DNA of 64,000 nt from Aestuariivirga sp. (GCA_041745135.1 JBGTJO010000090.1:6494-70493); one strand, 5' to 3'. Shown: positions 10,383 through 20,522, numbered from the stretch's first letter. The notes: generated by a model not told the origin, from the sequence alone. Translations and numbers: made by a program.

Positions 10383-10847
10383 TTACGGCCCGGCATAGGT
10401 CAACGGCAGGACGTTTGTTTCTTTCATCTTCTCCATGACGAAGCTTGCGGAAACATCGTTCAGCGCGATGCGGGAAATCAGTTTCTTGTACAATCGATCA
10501 TAGCCCGCAATGTCCGGCAGGACGGCGTGAAGAAGGTAATCGGTTGAGCCCGTGGTGCGATAGGCGCCGATGATCTCGGGGATATCCTGAATCGCCTTGG
10601 AGAAAGCTGCGAGCCAGTTTAGGTCGTGGGTCGACGTGCTGATGGAAATGAACGCGTCGAGGTGCAGCCCGATCTTGGCGGGATCGAGCAAGGCCACCTT
10701 CGCTTGAATGACGCCCGATTCTTCCAGCTGCTTGATCCGCCGCCAACAGGCGTTCCGCGACAGATGGACGGCATCCGCTATGGTTTCAATGGAGGGGGAA
10801 ACGTCTTTCTGCAGCCTTGCGAGCAGAGATTTATCGATTGAGTCCAT
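10383..10847 (-). CDS. Lrp/AsnC family regulator (DecR/YbaO-like)
   Basis: MDSIDK..L..LQ.D, LSRNACWRRIKQLE..GVI, DY.L, YD.LYKKLI. Alternative start at 10868. Confidence 0.92.
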   Translation of the reverse strand: MDSIDKSLLARLQKDVSPSIETIADAVHLSRNACWRRIKQLEESGVIQAKVALLDPAKIGLHLDAFISISTSTHDLNWLAAFSKAIQDIPEIIGAYRTTGSTDYLLHAVLPDIAGYDRLYKKLISRIALNDVSASFVMEKMKETNVLPLTYAGP

Positions 10848-10867
10848 GCGGGATATTGCTTCGGCCA

Positions 10868-10923
10868 TGGGATAGTTTCCCACGGAAACCCAGTTACTCC
10901 AACGAATTTGGGAGCAAATCTCC
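10868..10923. promoter_or_regulatory. Pair of TGGGA-N5-TC(C/T)C boxes in the Lrp/DUF6356 divergent region
   Basis: TGGGAtagttTCCCA (10868, palindromic arms) and TGGGAgcaaaTCTCC (10909), 41 nt apart. Confidence 0.5.
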
Positions 10924-10962
10924 GATATGGCGGTGTACATTTATTTACAGCGAGGCAGATCC

Positions 10963-11235
10963 ATGGCGTTTTTCGACAGCATATTCCTGGCCCATCCACG
11001 ATCCGTCGGCGAAACCTATACGGAGCACATGAAGTTCGCAGCCTGGTTTTCCTTTCAGCTGCTTCGTGCCGGATCCGCCGCGGCGGTGCATTCGGTCATC
11101 CCGCGACTTTGCGACCGGACGGCGTCGACCATCGTCAAAGCCTTGGCCAGGGAACTGGCTGATCGCAGCTGCAAAGTTTCTCCGCCCGTGAACTTGAAGG
11201 CTCCGAGCGGCGACACTAAAACCACGCAGGCCTAG
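10963..11235 (+). CDS. DUF6356-like small protein
   Basis: F..HP.SVGETY.EH..FA...and VH...P.L..RTAS pattern. RBS GAGG. Confidence 0.75.
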   Translation: MAFFDSIFLAHPRSVGETYTEHMKFAAWFSFQLLRAGSAAAVHSVIPRLCDRTASTIVKALARELADRSCKVSPPVNLKAPSGDTKTTQA

Positions 11236-11267
11236 TTTTTCCTTATCGAGCTTTTGGCGGGGCGAAA

Positions 11268-11585
11268 ATGATTGCAAGGACGTGGCGTGCCTGGGCGCTG
11301 CCGAAAAATGCCGAGGCCTATGAACGGTTCATCCGCGATGTGGTGTTCGCGGATAAGCTTGCGCGGAAGCCCGAGGGGCTCATTGGCATGGACCTGCTAC
11401 GCCTGGATGATGGAGAAGAAACGGAGTTCAAGACCATCCTGTGGTTTAGCTCGCTTGCGGCGATTGAGACTTTCGCAGGCGCCGACTATAGCCGCGCCGT
11501 GGTTTCGCAAGCCGACCGCGATCTGCTGTCGCGGTTCGATGAGCGGGTGCAGCACTTCGAAGTTTCTCTGAGACTGCCGGCATGA
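11268..11585 (+). CDS. Antibiotic-biosynthesis-monooxygenase-like dimeric alpha/beta barrel protein
   Basis: MIARTW.......AEAYE, F.T..WF.SL.AI..FAG.DY..AVV, LL.RFD..V.HFEV. Confidence 0.78.
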   Translation: MIARTWRAWALPKNAEAYERFIRDVVFADKLARKPEGLIGMDLLRLDDGEETEFKTILWFSSLAAIETFAGADYSRAVVSQADRDLLSRFDERVQHFEVSLRLPA

Positions 11586-11680
11586 CCCATGATCGGCTCG
11601 GCGCCCGTAGCGCCTTGAGCGCCAATGCTTTTCTTTTTGCCCCAGCCGCATATGATGGCGCAGAAAATGGGGACGCGGAG

Positions 11681-12799
11681 ATGGCAATTGGCAATTTGAC
11701 CGCGGAACCCATGGTGAGTTTCGTGGGGGTCCAAAAGAGCTATGATGGCGAAACGCTGGTTGTAAAGGATCTCAATCTCGATATCGGCAGGGGCGAGTTT
11801 CTAACGATGCTCGGGCCCTCGGGCTCCGGCAAGACCACGACATTGATGATGCTGGCGGGCTTCGAGCCGGCAACGCGCGGCCACATTTATGTGAAAGGCC
11901 GATCCGTCAACGACACGCCGCCGCATAAGCGGGGCATCGGCATGGTGTTTCAGAACTATGCGCTCTTTCCTCACATGACGGTGGCTGAGAATTTGGCGTT
12001 CCCACTCGAAGTCAGGGATTTCGGCAAGGCCGAAATCGAGGACCGGGTGAAGAAAATCCTGCAGCTGGTCGAGCTGCCCCACATGTCCGATCGCAGGCCT
12101 GGCCAGCTTTCGGGCGGCCAGCAGCAACGCATTGCGGTGGCCCGCGCGCTGGTGTTCGAGCCCGACCTTGTGCTGATGGACGAACCGCTGGGCGCCCTTG
12201 ACAAGCAGCTGCGCGAGCAGATGCAATATGAGATCAAGCATATCCATGAGCGGCTTGGCGTCACCATCGTCTATGTGACGCACGACCAGGCGGAAGCGCT
12301 GATCATGTCCAACCGGATCGCCGTATTCAACGATGGCGTGGTGCAGCAGCTCTCCTCGCCTGATGATCTCTATGAGCGCCCGCAAAATTCTTTTGTGGCG
12401 CAATTCATCGGCGAAAATAACCGGCTGAAGGGCGTCGTCACAGGCGATGGCCAAGACGATGTGATCACGGTCAAGCTGGACTCAAACGATGTAGTCAAGG
12501 CGCTGGCGGTTAACGCCGGGGCAAAGGGCGAGCGCACGCTGCTCTCCATCCGGCCCGAGCGGGTGGAGATTAACCCCAGGCCCAAGACAATGGATGTGGT
12601 GCTGGAGGGGAAAATCCTGGAGCTGATCTATCTCGGCGATCATATTCGAGCCAGGCTCGAAGTCGCCGAGAATCCAAATTTTATCGTCAAGATACCAAAT
12701 AAATCCGGCAACGACGCCATCGGCCAGGGTAGGGCTGTGACGGTCGGATGGCTGGCCAAGGATTGCCGGGCGCTCGATTACATCGAATTACATCACTAG
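11681..12799 (+). CDS. Polyamine-type ABC transporter ATP-binding protein (PotA-like)
   Basis: Walker [28 protein letters not shown]-terminal TOBE domain. RBS GGAG before ATG 11681. Confidence 0.93.
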   Translation: MAIGNLTAEPMVSFVGVQKSYDGETLVVKDLNLDIGRGEFLTMLGPSGSGKTTTLMMLAGFEPATRGHIYVKGRSVNDTPPHKRGIGMVFQNYALFPHMTVAENLAFPLEVRDFGKAEIEDRVKKILQLVELPHMSDRRPGQLSGGQQQRIAVARALVFEPDLVLMDEPLGALDKQLREQMQYEIKHIHERLGVTIVYVTHDQAEALIMSNRIAVFNDGVVQQLSSPDDLYERPQNSFVAQFIGENNRLKGVVTGDGQDDVITVKLDSNDVVKALAVNAGAKGERTLLSIRPERVEINPRPKTMDVVLEGKILELIYLGDHIRARLEVAENPNFIVKIPNKSGNDAIGQGRAVTVGWLAKDCRALDYIELHH

Positions 12800-12865
12800 T
12801 TCAATAAAGGGCGGCTCTCCATCGCGGCGTCCTGAGGCATATATCCGGGTTCCGCATTCCGGGAG

Positions 12866-13294
12866 ATGAAGATGCAACCTCAAAGCCGCTCTGTCGATAT
12901 CGCCGCCTTCCTGCTTCGCTTGGCGCTTGGCGGCATGTTTTTGGCGCACAGCGTGATCCTGAAGTTGTTCATATTTACGTTGCCGGGCACGGCGCAATTT
13001 TTCACGAGTATTGGGCTGCCCGGCTGGTTTGCCTATGTCGTCTTCTTCATGGAGGCGGTGGGCGGCACCATGCTGATCCTCGGCGTGCAGGTGCGCTGGG
13101 TGTCGCTGGCCTTATTGCCCATCGTGGCTGGAGCGACGTGGGCGCATTGGGGCAATGGGTGGATGTTCGGCTACACCAATGGCGGTTGGGAATATCCGCT
13201 CTATTTGACGGTGTTGGCCGCGGTGCAGGTCCTGCTTGGAGAAGGTGCTTTTGCCTTGCAGCGAAGCAAGCCGATCGTCTTCGCCAATGCTTGA
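12866..13294 (+). CDS. DoxX family membrane protein
   Basis: LLRLALG.MFLAH, F.SIGLP, NGGWEYP, G.GAFAL. Confidence 0.88.
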   Translation: MKMQPQSRSVDIAAFLLRLALGGMFLAHSVILKLFIFTLPGTAQFFTSIGLPGWFAYVVFFMEAVGGTMLILGVQVRWVSLALLPIVAGATWAHWGNGWMFGYTNGGWEYPLYLTVLAAVQVLLGEGAFALQRSKPIVFANA

Positions 13295-13295
13295 G

Positions 13296-14429
13296 CTAAA
13301 GGCCGAGGCGTCCGATCCATTTGTTTGAACTGAACTTGCCAGCATAGCCCTCATCGGCAAGGCTTTGCACGATGGAGGAGTCGAGGCCGTCCGCCGCCGG
13401 TACTTTTTTCGGCGCGACGCCGGCCTGCAAGTAGACCTCGTTGAACATATCCCAGGTCGCGGCCGCATAGCCCGCGACGCAATCCGCGCCGTTGAACAGC
13501 GCGCCCCATCCCTTGCTGCCGGCGGGCGGGGGAGGAGCTCCCTCGGGGAGGCTTTCGCACAGCGGCTTTCCGCCAATGCCGAAGGCCCCCATGTTCTGCG
13601 AGAGGTTGAGCTGGATGGCTCCGTTCTGCGTCAGCTTCACATCCGCGATAGGCCATCCCAAGCCCTCCGCAATAATGGCGTTGCCTTCTTCGGGATTTTC
13701 CTTCCACCAGTTCACCGCTTCGAACCAGGCGCGAAGCAACTCCTCTGCCACAGCGGGCTTTTCCTTGAGCCAATTCTCGCCACAGGCGATCACGTCCGAA
13801 ATCAAGCCGCGCTCCCAGGTGCGGTCCGTCAGGCTGCTTTGCAATACCTTCGAACCGGCACGCTGCAAGGATTGGGCCGCAAAGGGATCGTAGTTGACAT
13901 CGATGTCGATACCGCCGCTGGCGAAGGCAGCGGCGCTCTCTTGCGGCAGCATGGTGACGTGGATTGCGTCATCGTATTTCAGGCCGGCGCGGCGGAGCGT
14001 CAGCAGCATCCACATGTGATTGAGGAAACCGTAGTCGGCGCCGTATTTCTTTCCCTTGAAATCTGCAACCGAGTTGATTTCGGAGGCTACGACCATCTTG
14101 TCGAGCCCATAGGACATATTAGAGAAGGCAACCACCTTGAGAGGCAAATCGCCGGCCCTGCTGAGCACCAGCGTGTCCATGGTGTTGTTGATGCACTGCA
14201 TCTGTCCGCTGACGATGGCGGCGTTCTTTTCCGATATGCCTTCGATGATCTGGATGTCGAGATCGATATCCTTGGCGAGAGACTTTTTCTTTACGATGTA
14301 CCAGGCGCCGTAGGGCGAGAAGGATATGATGGCGACGCTGACCTTTTCCGGGGCCGCCACCGCCGGGTTGATGGCAAGAGCGCCGCCGGCAGCCAGAATC
14401 AAAGCACGGAGTCCCTGTTTGAGTGTCAT
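13296..14429 (-). CDS. NitT/TauT-type ABC substrate-binding protein
   Basis: Signal peptide, S.G.D..V, I.SVADFKGK, LLRAWFEAV. Confidence 0.82.
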   Translation of the reverse strand: MTLKQGLRALILAAGGALAINPAVAAPEKVSVAIISFSPYGAWYIVKKKSLAKDIDLDIQIIEGISEKNAAIVSGQMQCINNTMDTLVLSRAGDLPLKVVAFSNMSYGLDKMVVASEINSVADFKGKKYGADYGFLNHMWMLLTLRRAGLKYDDAIHVTMLPQESAAAFASGGIDIDVNYDPFAAQSLQRAGSKVLQSSLTDRTWERGLISDVIACGENWLKEKPAVAEELLRAWFEAVNWWKENPEEGNAIIAEGLGWPIADVKLTQNGAIQLNLSQNMGAFGIGGKPLCESLPEGAPPPPAGSKGWGALFNGADCVAGYAAATWDMFNEVYLQAGVAPKKVPAADGLDSSIVQSLADEGYAGKFSSNKWIGRLGL

Positions 14430-14509
14430 CGGCCGCGATCCTTTCTTGCTGCCTGGACAGCAAGCGGCGAGTTCGCCGTTTGATCAATTGCCGAAATTCG
14501 AACGATGAC

Positions 14510-14526
14510 CATTGACGAGGTCAATG
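14510..14526. promoter_or_regulatory. Palindrome CATTGAC-GAG-GTCAATG, candidate LysR box (T-N11-A)
   Basis: Perfect 7-bp inverted repeat in a divergent promoter region. Related copies at 16780 and 23607. Confidence 0.6.
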
Positions 14527-14585
14527 CGAAGGCATCGAAAAACGCCCCTTCTTATGGATCAGGCGCTTGGGTTTACTCATTGAGG

Positions 14586-16055
14586 ATGGAAGACAGCACA
14601 CAACAGACGGTTCTCATCGAACACGGCACCGTCATCGCTTTCGACGGGGAACGGCATCGCCGGATCGATGCGGGAGAGGTGGCGTTTTGCGGCGGCCGCA
14701 TCACCCACGTTGGCCGGAATTTTCCGGGAAAATGCGATCGGCGCGTTTCTGCCAGGGGCAAGATCGTCATGCCCGGGCTCATCAGCGCGCATTCCCATGT
14801 AAGCGTTCAATCGGGCTCGCGGCTCATCACCGATGGCGGCAGGCCGCAGTTTTCGAAGGCTCTCTTTCTCAACTACCTTCCGAACAGCGAGGGTGAGCCG
14901 GGCTACCTGGACCGCCCTGAACATGAAGCATCCGTCAGATACGGGTTCGCCTCGCTGCTGCGCCATGGCATCACCACGGTTGTGAACTTCTCTCCCGGCG
15001 GGCCGAGCGGAGGCCGATACATCGCCGAAATCGCCCGCGAGATGGGCATCAGACTTTATTATTCGCCGGTGACGACGGCGGCCAGCTATCATTTCGGCGG
15101 GGCTGGCGAATTGCTGACCATCTGGGATGAAGACCGTGGCCTCCGCGAACTCGAATTCGCAGCGGAGTTCCTTGCCGGCGTCAAGCACGGCCCCAGCGAG
15201 TTGGTCAAGGGCATCGTCATGGTGGACGAACTGCTGCTCTCAACAGAAGAACTCATCCGCCGGGCGATCGAACTCGCAAATGAATTCGATGTGCACCTGA
15301 CCTTGCACGCGGCTGAACAACTTTATGAATTTCACGAGTTCCTGCGCCGCCACGGCCGCACGCCGGTTGAGTATATGGCGGACAAGGGTCTGCTCACGAG
15401 CAAAACCGTGATCGCGCATTGCCTGATGATCGCCGGGCACAGCAGCACGGGACACCGCCACGGTGACGATCTGGGGCTGCTTGCAAAGGCCGGCGCAACG
15501 GTCGTCCACTGTCCGGTGGTGCAGGCGCGCAGGGGCTATGGCATGGAGAGCTACCAGCGATACCTCGATGCCGGCGTGAATGTGGCGCTCGGCGCGGATA
15601 CCTGGCCGCTCGACCTGTTCGCCGAGATGCGGATGGCTACTTACCTTGGGAAACTCACCGACGGCCGCTATGATGCCGCCAAAGCCATGGACATTTTCAA
15701 TTCGGCGACACTTGGAGGAGCCAAGGCGCTGGGCCGCTCCGACCTTGGGCGGCTTGCGGCGAGTGCTGAGGCCGACATCGTGATCGTGGATGCGGAGGGG
15801 TTTGGCGTGGGGCCGATACGGGATCCGGTCCACACCCTGGTGCATCAAACCTCGGCAGCGCAGGTCGACACGGTGATCGTTGCCGGTGAAACGGTCGTGG
15901 AGGGCGGGCGCCTGGTCAACGCCGATGGAGGGGATGTCCTTCGGCAAGGAATTGAGATTGCTGAGCAGGAATGGCTGGAATTTGAACGGGGCCACTGGTC
16001 CGGCGCCAAGCTTGATGAGATCTTTCCGCCCGCCATCGAGTCTTGGGACGGCTAA
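14586..16055 (+). CDS. Metal-dependent amidohydrolase, paralog of 2921-4384
   Basis: PGLISAHSH, LHAAEQLYEFH, AHC, GADTWPLD. RBS GAGG before ATG 14586. Confidence 0.88.
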   Translation: MEDSTQQTVLIEHGTVIAFDGERHRRIDAGEVAFCGGRITHVGRNFPGKCDRRVSARGKIVMPGLISAHSHVSVQSGSRLITDGGRPQFSKALFLNYLPNSEGEPGYLDRPEHEASVRYGFASLLRHGITTVVNFSPGGPSGGRYIAEIAREMGIRLYYSPVTTAASYHFGGAGELLTIWDEDRGLRELEFAAEFLAGVKHGPSELVKGIVMVDELLLSTEELIRRAIELANEFDVHLTLHAAEQLYEFHEFLRRHGRTPVEYMADKGLLTSKTVIAHCLMIAGHSSTGHRHGDDLGLLAKAGATVVHCPVVQARRGYGMESYQRYLDAGVNVALGADTWPLDLFAEMRMATYLGKLTDGRYDAAKAMDIFNSATLGGAKALGRSDLGRLAASAEADIVIVDAEGFGVGPIRDPVHTLVHQTSAAQVDTVIVAGETVVEGGRLVNADGGDVLRQGIEIAEQEWLEFERGHWSGAKLDEIFPPAIESWDG

Positions 16056-16741
16056 TTTTCCGCCGGCAAAACCTCAATGCTGTACTCATGGGAAATTTCC
16101 CTGCGGCGGACGGGATCGAGCATCGAGAACCTGAACGCCGAGCCTGATTTCAAGCCGCCGAGCGTGCTGATTGTCCCGCTATAGAGCACCAATCCATCAT
16201 TCTCCTGATCGGGATTGCCGAACCGCTCGATCCAGTGGGAGGGCGGCAAGAGCAAAGACACGGCATCGCGCTGGTAGTCGAGCCACTTTCCATCGCATTT
16301 GACTTGCGACGACAGGATGATTTCATCGAAATGATTGGCTAGTTCCGCGTAGTACCAGAGCGTGTTGGCGATGATGTTCGGGCAGATGTTCTTGGCGGAC
16401 ACGTCCGAATACTTTTCCAAGAGAAAATCGCTGTGATCCGAGCCCACGCCGACTAGAATTTCACCCTCGCGCCAAATCAGGACATACTCCACCTCGCCTC
16501 CCGTATGGGGGCTTGCCACCTGCAATGCGCTGCTATGGCGAAGCAGGTGATTGGCGACGGGGTAAAGCGAGGGAATATTCGCAGGTGGCGGAATGCCAAG
16601 CGCGGACAGCTCGCGAACATGATGTTCCACTTGCTCGCGGTCGCGGCCCGCCGCGCCGGCATTCAACATTCTCCTCACCTCCACGAGCGCGCGTTGGTTC
16701 TTGCCGCTGTCCGATTTCAGTTCGAGTTCAAGAGCGCTCAT
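16052..16741 (-). CDS. DUF2848-like protein (fumarylacetoacetate-hydrolase-fold relative)
   Basis: AG..GRD...VEHH..EL..LG.PPP...P.LY, T.GEVE, GVGSDH.D..LE. Confidence 0.8.
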   Translation of the reverse strand: MSALELELKSDSGKNQRALVEVRRMLNAGAAGRDREQVEHHVRELSALGIPPPANIPSLYPVANHLLRHSSALQVASPHTGGEVEYVLIWREGEILVGVGSDHSDFLLEKYSDVSAKNICPNIIANTLWYYAELANHFDEIILSSQVKCDGKWLDYQRDAVSLLLPPSHWIERFGNPDQENDGLVLYSGTISTLGGLKSGSAFRFSMLDPVRRREISHEYSIEVLPAEN

Positions 16742-16779
16742 GGGCCGCGCAGTGTAGCGCGCGTGGGCGGAAATGGCGG

Positions 16780-16796
16780 CATTGATTCAATCAATG
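16780..16796. promoter_or_regulatory. Palindrome CATTGAT-TCA-ATCAATG, candidate LysR box
   Basis: Perfect 7-bp inverted repeat between the divergent DUF2848 and dpp-type genes. Confidence 0.6.
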
Positions 16797-16855
16797 TTTG
16801 TCATTGGGACATTGGACGTTGTTGCTCCCGCCGTTCCCCATAGAGTCAACTGCCG

Positions 16856-17884
16856 ATGTTAGACAGCTCGCCAGTTGGTGGTGAAGGCGGGACGTTTGAA
16901 CCGCAACCCGTCAGCGTGGCGCACGAAAAACGCCTTTCCGTCCGGAACCTGTGCATATCGTTCGGCAGCATTCACGTCGTCCGCGGCGTGAGTCTCGAGT
17001 GCGGAGCTGAGGATATTCTCGCTGTCGTTGGCGAATCGGGATCGGGAAAAACACTCACCGCGCTTGCAATGATTGGACTGCTGCCGCGAAACACCACTGT
17101 TTCGGGCTCCATACGGCTGGACGGCCAAGAGCTCGCTGGCCTTCGCGAACGCGAATTCTCAAAACTGCGCGGTAGCAAGATATCGATGATCTTCCAGAAC
17201 CCGCGAGCCTCGCTCAACCCGAGCCTGAAGATTGGAACGCAGATGATGGAGGTCATCCGGCGTCATTCGCCCGCGACCGGAAGGGAAGAGGCGCGCGAGA
17301 GATGCATCGCCATCCTGAGGCAATTGAGCCTGCGAGATGCGCCGTACCAGTTGTCGCGGTATCCTCACGAGCTTTCCGGCGGGATGTGCCAGAGAGTGGC
17401 GCTGGGGATTGCGCTCTCCGGCAAGCCCCGCCTGTTGCTTGCCGATGAGCCAACGACGGCGCTCGACGCCATTGTGCAAGCGAGCACACTCGGGCTGCTG
17501 AAGGACGTGCATAGTCGCGAACGGCTTCCCATGATTGTGGTGACGCACGATCTTGGCGTTGTACGGGCGATCGCTACCCATGTCGCGGTCATGTATGCGG
17601 GCCAGATACAGGAGCAGGGGACGGTTGACGCGGTCTTCGGCCGCCCTTCGCATCCCTATACGCGCGCCCTGATGGCAACGGCGCCGGGCCTTGGCCGCGC
17701 GGGAAGCCTGCTTGCGCAAATCGATGGCTTGCCGCCGGACCCTCGCGATCTTCCCGCCGGCTGCAGTTTCGCGCCAAGATGCCGGCAGAGGGGCCACAGA
17801 TGTTCCGAGGCTCCGGCGCTTACTGCCGTTCCAGGCGGCGCCATGGTGCGTTGCCATTATCCGGGCGGGCCGGACTCCCCATGA
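16856..17884 (+). CDS. Dipeptide/oligopeptide ABC ATP-binding protein (DppD-like)
   Basis: GESGSGKT, YPHELSGGMCQR, HPYT, C-terminal Cys cluster. Confidence 0.92.
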   Translation: MLDSSPVGGEGGTFEPQPVSVAHEKRLSVRNLCISFGSIHVVRGVSLECGAEDILAVVGESGSGKTLTALAMIGLLPRNTTVSGSIRLDGQELAGLREREFSKLRGSKISMIFQNPRASLNPSLKIGTQMMEVIRRHSPATGREEARERCIAILRQLSLRDAPYQLSRYPHELSGGMCQRVALGIALSGKPRLLLADEPTTALDAIVQASTLGLLKDVHSRERLPMIVVTHDLGVVRAIATHVAVMYAGQIQEQGTVDAVFGRPSHPYTRALMATAPGLGRAGSLLAQIDGLPPDPRDLPAGCSFAPRCRQRGHRCSEAPALTAVPGGAMVRCHYPGGPDSP

Positions 17885-18894
17885 ACGCGGTTGCGGACAC
17901 GGCCCTGGTTATCGTGCAGGACCTGCAGAAAACTTTCTCCAGGGACAGCGTCATCGATCACGTGTCGTTGCGGATCGGGCGCGGCGAGATTGTCGGGCTG
18001 GTGGGGGAATCGGGCTCGGGAAAGTCCACGCTTGGCCGCATGATCCTTGGGCTTCTTCCTCCGACCGGTGGGCGGGTGAAGTACGATGGGGCCGACGTGT
18101 GGTCCTTGTCCGAAGCGGAGCGCCGCCGGATGCGCGCCAGGGTTCAGATGGTCTTTCAGGATCCACTGGGGGCACTCAATCCGCGGCGGACCATCGGGGA
18201 AAATATAGAGCTTCCACTGATCAATTTCGGATGGCCGCGCGGCGAGCGGCGGCGGCGGATCGAGGATGTTCTGGTGCAAGTCGGTTTGAACCCGGCTCAT
18301 GCCGGCAGATTTCCGCACCAGTTCAGCGGCGGACAATGCCAGCGCGCCGTGATCGCCAGGGCCATAGCACTGAGGCCTGAGTTTCTGTTTCTCGATGAGC
18401 CCGTCTCCGCGCTCGATGTGTCGGTGCAAGCGCAGATCCTCAATCTGCTAGCGGAACTGCGGCGGACGGCGGCTCTCACCTATCTTTTCGTATCGCACGA
18501 TTTGCGCGTGGTGCGGCATCTTTGCGACCGCACGGCGGTTCTTTATCACGGCCAGCTGGTTGAACTGGCGCCAAGCGGCGCCGTTTATGATACGCCGATG
18601 CATCCCTATACGCGGGCGCTCCGCGCCGCCGTTCTCGACGGCAGTCCAACTGCCGCTGAAACACCAGCCCCAAACACCGATCTGAACGTGACGGCCATCC
18701 ACGAGGGTTGCCGCTATGCCGGCCAGTGCCCCTTGCGAAGGGAGGTTTGCGCGCGCGAGCGGCCTCCTCTTCTCGAATGGGAACCCGGCCACTGGATTGC
18801 CTGTCACGCGAGCGCGGATATCGAGCCATGGCCGCAGGGCTCGAAAGCAACAATGCGCGGCACAGGAGAGGAAAACCATGAGCATGAAAACTGA
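17881..18894 (+). CDS. Dipeptide/oligopeptide ABC ATP-binding protein (DppF-like)
   Basis: ATGA overlap. GESGSGKST, FPHQFSGGQ, DEPVSALDVSVQAQ. Confidence 0.92.
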   Translation: MNAVADTALVIVQDLQKTFSRDSVIDHVSLRIGRGEIVGLVGESGSGKSTLGRMILGLLPPTGGRVKYDGADVWSLSEAERRRMRARVQMVFQDPLGALNPRRTIGENIELPLINFGWPRGERRRRIEDVLVQVGLNPAHAGRFPHQFSGGQCQRAVIARAIALRPEFLFLDEPVSALDVSVQAQILNLLAELRRTAALTYLFVSHDLRVVRHLCDRTAVLYHGQLVELAPSGAVYDTPMHPYTRALRAAVLDGSPTAAETPAPNTDLNVTAIHEGCRYAGQCPLRREVCARERPPLLEWEPGHWIACHASADIEPWPQGSKATMRGTGEENHEHEN

Positions 18895-20503
18895 AAGCAA
18901 ATTAAAAGGCCGGCTTCGCGGAATGATCGCGGGGCTGCTGATGGCGGCGGTGGCTGCCTATGGCCTTCCCGGAATTGCGACCGCGAAGGCCGAGGACAAA
19001 ACCGTGGTCATCGGAATCGAAGGCGATCCTCTGTCGCTTGACCCGCATACGCAGGCGCTGTGGCTCACGGCGCGCATCGTGTCCAATATGTTCGAGGGCC
19101 TCGTACAGCAGGATCTCACCAAGGCGGATGTCGCGAAGACAGAAATCATACCCGCCCTTGCCGAGAGCTGGACCGTGTCCGACGACAAGAAAACCTATAC
19201 GTTTACCTTGCGCCGGGGCGTCAAGTTCCACGATGGCGAGCCGTGGAACGCCGAGGCCGCGAAGTTCAACTTCGACAGGGTCATCAACCGCGAGTCGAAG
19301 CAATTCTACGAGAAGGCCTTCCAGCAGAATACCTGGTGGCGGCAGGACGTGGAGAATTACGAAGCGGTCGATGAATTCACCTTCAAGGTGACGCTCAAGC
19401 ATCCCAACGCGGAGTTCCTGCGGCGGATTTCGCAAGGCGGCATCGGCTCGGCCTGGATGGCAAGCCCCAAGGCCTTGCTGGCGGTGCCCAATGACGATTT
19501 CGCCAAGGCGCCGGTGGGGACAGGCCCCTTCAAATTCGTTGAGCGGGTGTTTGGCGAAAAGATCGAGCTCGCCAAGAACGCCGATTATTGGGACGCCGCG
19601 CGCGTGCCGCAATATGACCGGCTGATTTTCCGCCCCATCATCGATGTGTCGGCGCGCGAGCAGGCGCTTGTGACCGGGGCCATCGATATCGCCTCGACAC
19701 CTTCGCCCGACAATTCGGCGATCCTGGAGCAGCAGGGCTTCACGCTCATCAAAGGCCAGGTGCCGACGGTCTATGTCATCTGGCTCAACATGAAGGAGAA
19801 GGCGCTGCAAGATGTGCGGGTTCGCCGCGCGCTCTCCATGGCGCTCGACCGCGAAGGGCTGGTCACCAAACTCCGCCTTGGACAGGCGATACCGGCATAC
19901 TCGGTGCTGAACATCGGTGGGCCGGGCTACGATCCCGGCTATAAGTGCGATGCTTACGATCCCGCCAAGGCGCGCGAACTGCTCAAGGAGGCGGGGTATG
20001 GCGATGGCCTTGACATCAAGTTGATCTGGACGCCGGGCGGGGCGGGGGATGTGGGCATGGTGGCGGACGCCGAATGGTTTCAGCGCAATCTGGCCGAGGT
20101 GGGCGTGCGGGCATCGATAGAGGTGCTGGATATCGGAACGTTCTTTACCCTGATGAACCAGGGAATGCCCGCCGGTTCGCACGCGCTTCAGATCTCCTGG
20201 GGCGAAAATTCGTTCAACTGGCTCGATGCGGTTCTGACGAAGAGCGCGCTGCCGCCCAACGGCTATAACTCCGGATATTATGAGAACGAGAAGGTCGATG
20301 TTCTCCTGGAGGAGGCGCGCAAGGCGGCGACTGAAGAAGAGATGGTGGCCAAGCTGCATTCCGTGCGCGACACGGTTTGCGAGGACGCCGCGTTCATTCC
20401 AACGCACTCGCCCCTGGGCGTTGCCGCGGTTTCGAAAAACATCAAGAACTTCGTCCTGGCGCCGCAACACTGGCCCGACATGGCCATCGTCAGGAAAGAG
20501 TAG
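18878..20503 (+). CDS. Peptide/nickel-family (SBP_bac_5) substrate-binding protein
   Basis: LDPH, LAESW.VS.D..TYTF.LR.GVKFHDG, PVGTGPFK. RBS GAGG. Confidence 0.93.
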   Translation: MSMKTESKLKGRLRGMIAGLLMAAVAAYGLPGIATAKAEDKTVVIGIEGDPLSLDPHTQALWLTARIVSNMFEGLVQQDLTKADVAKTEIIPALAESWTVSDDKKTYTFTLRRGVKFHDGEPWNAEAAKFNFDRVINRESKQFYEKAFQQNTWWRQDVENYEAVDEFTFKVTLKHPNAEFLRRISQGGIGSAWMASPKALLAVPNDDFAKAPVGTGPFKFVERVFGEKIELAKNADYWDAARVPQYDRLIFRPIIDVSAREQALVTGAIDIASTPSPDNSAILEQQGFTLIKGQVPTVYVIWLNMKEKALQDVRVRRALSMALDREGLVTKLRLGQAIPAYSVLNIGGPGYDPGYKCDAYDPAKARELLKEAGYGDGLDIKLIWTPGGAGDVGMVADAEWFQRNLAEVGVRASIEVLDIGTFFTLMNQGMPAGSHALQISWGENSFNWLDAVLTKSALPPNGYNSGYYENEKVDVLLEEARKAATEEEMVAKLHSVRDTVCEDAAFIPTHSPLGVAAVSKNIKNFVLAPQHWPDMAIVRKE

Positions 20504-20522
20504 TGGCGGTTTCGCGAGCAAT

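Noticed and set aside
16782-16794. FNR/FixK box
   Set aside because: TTGAT-N3-ATCAA has a 3-nt spacer; FNR needs 4.
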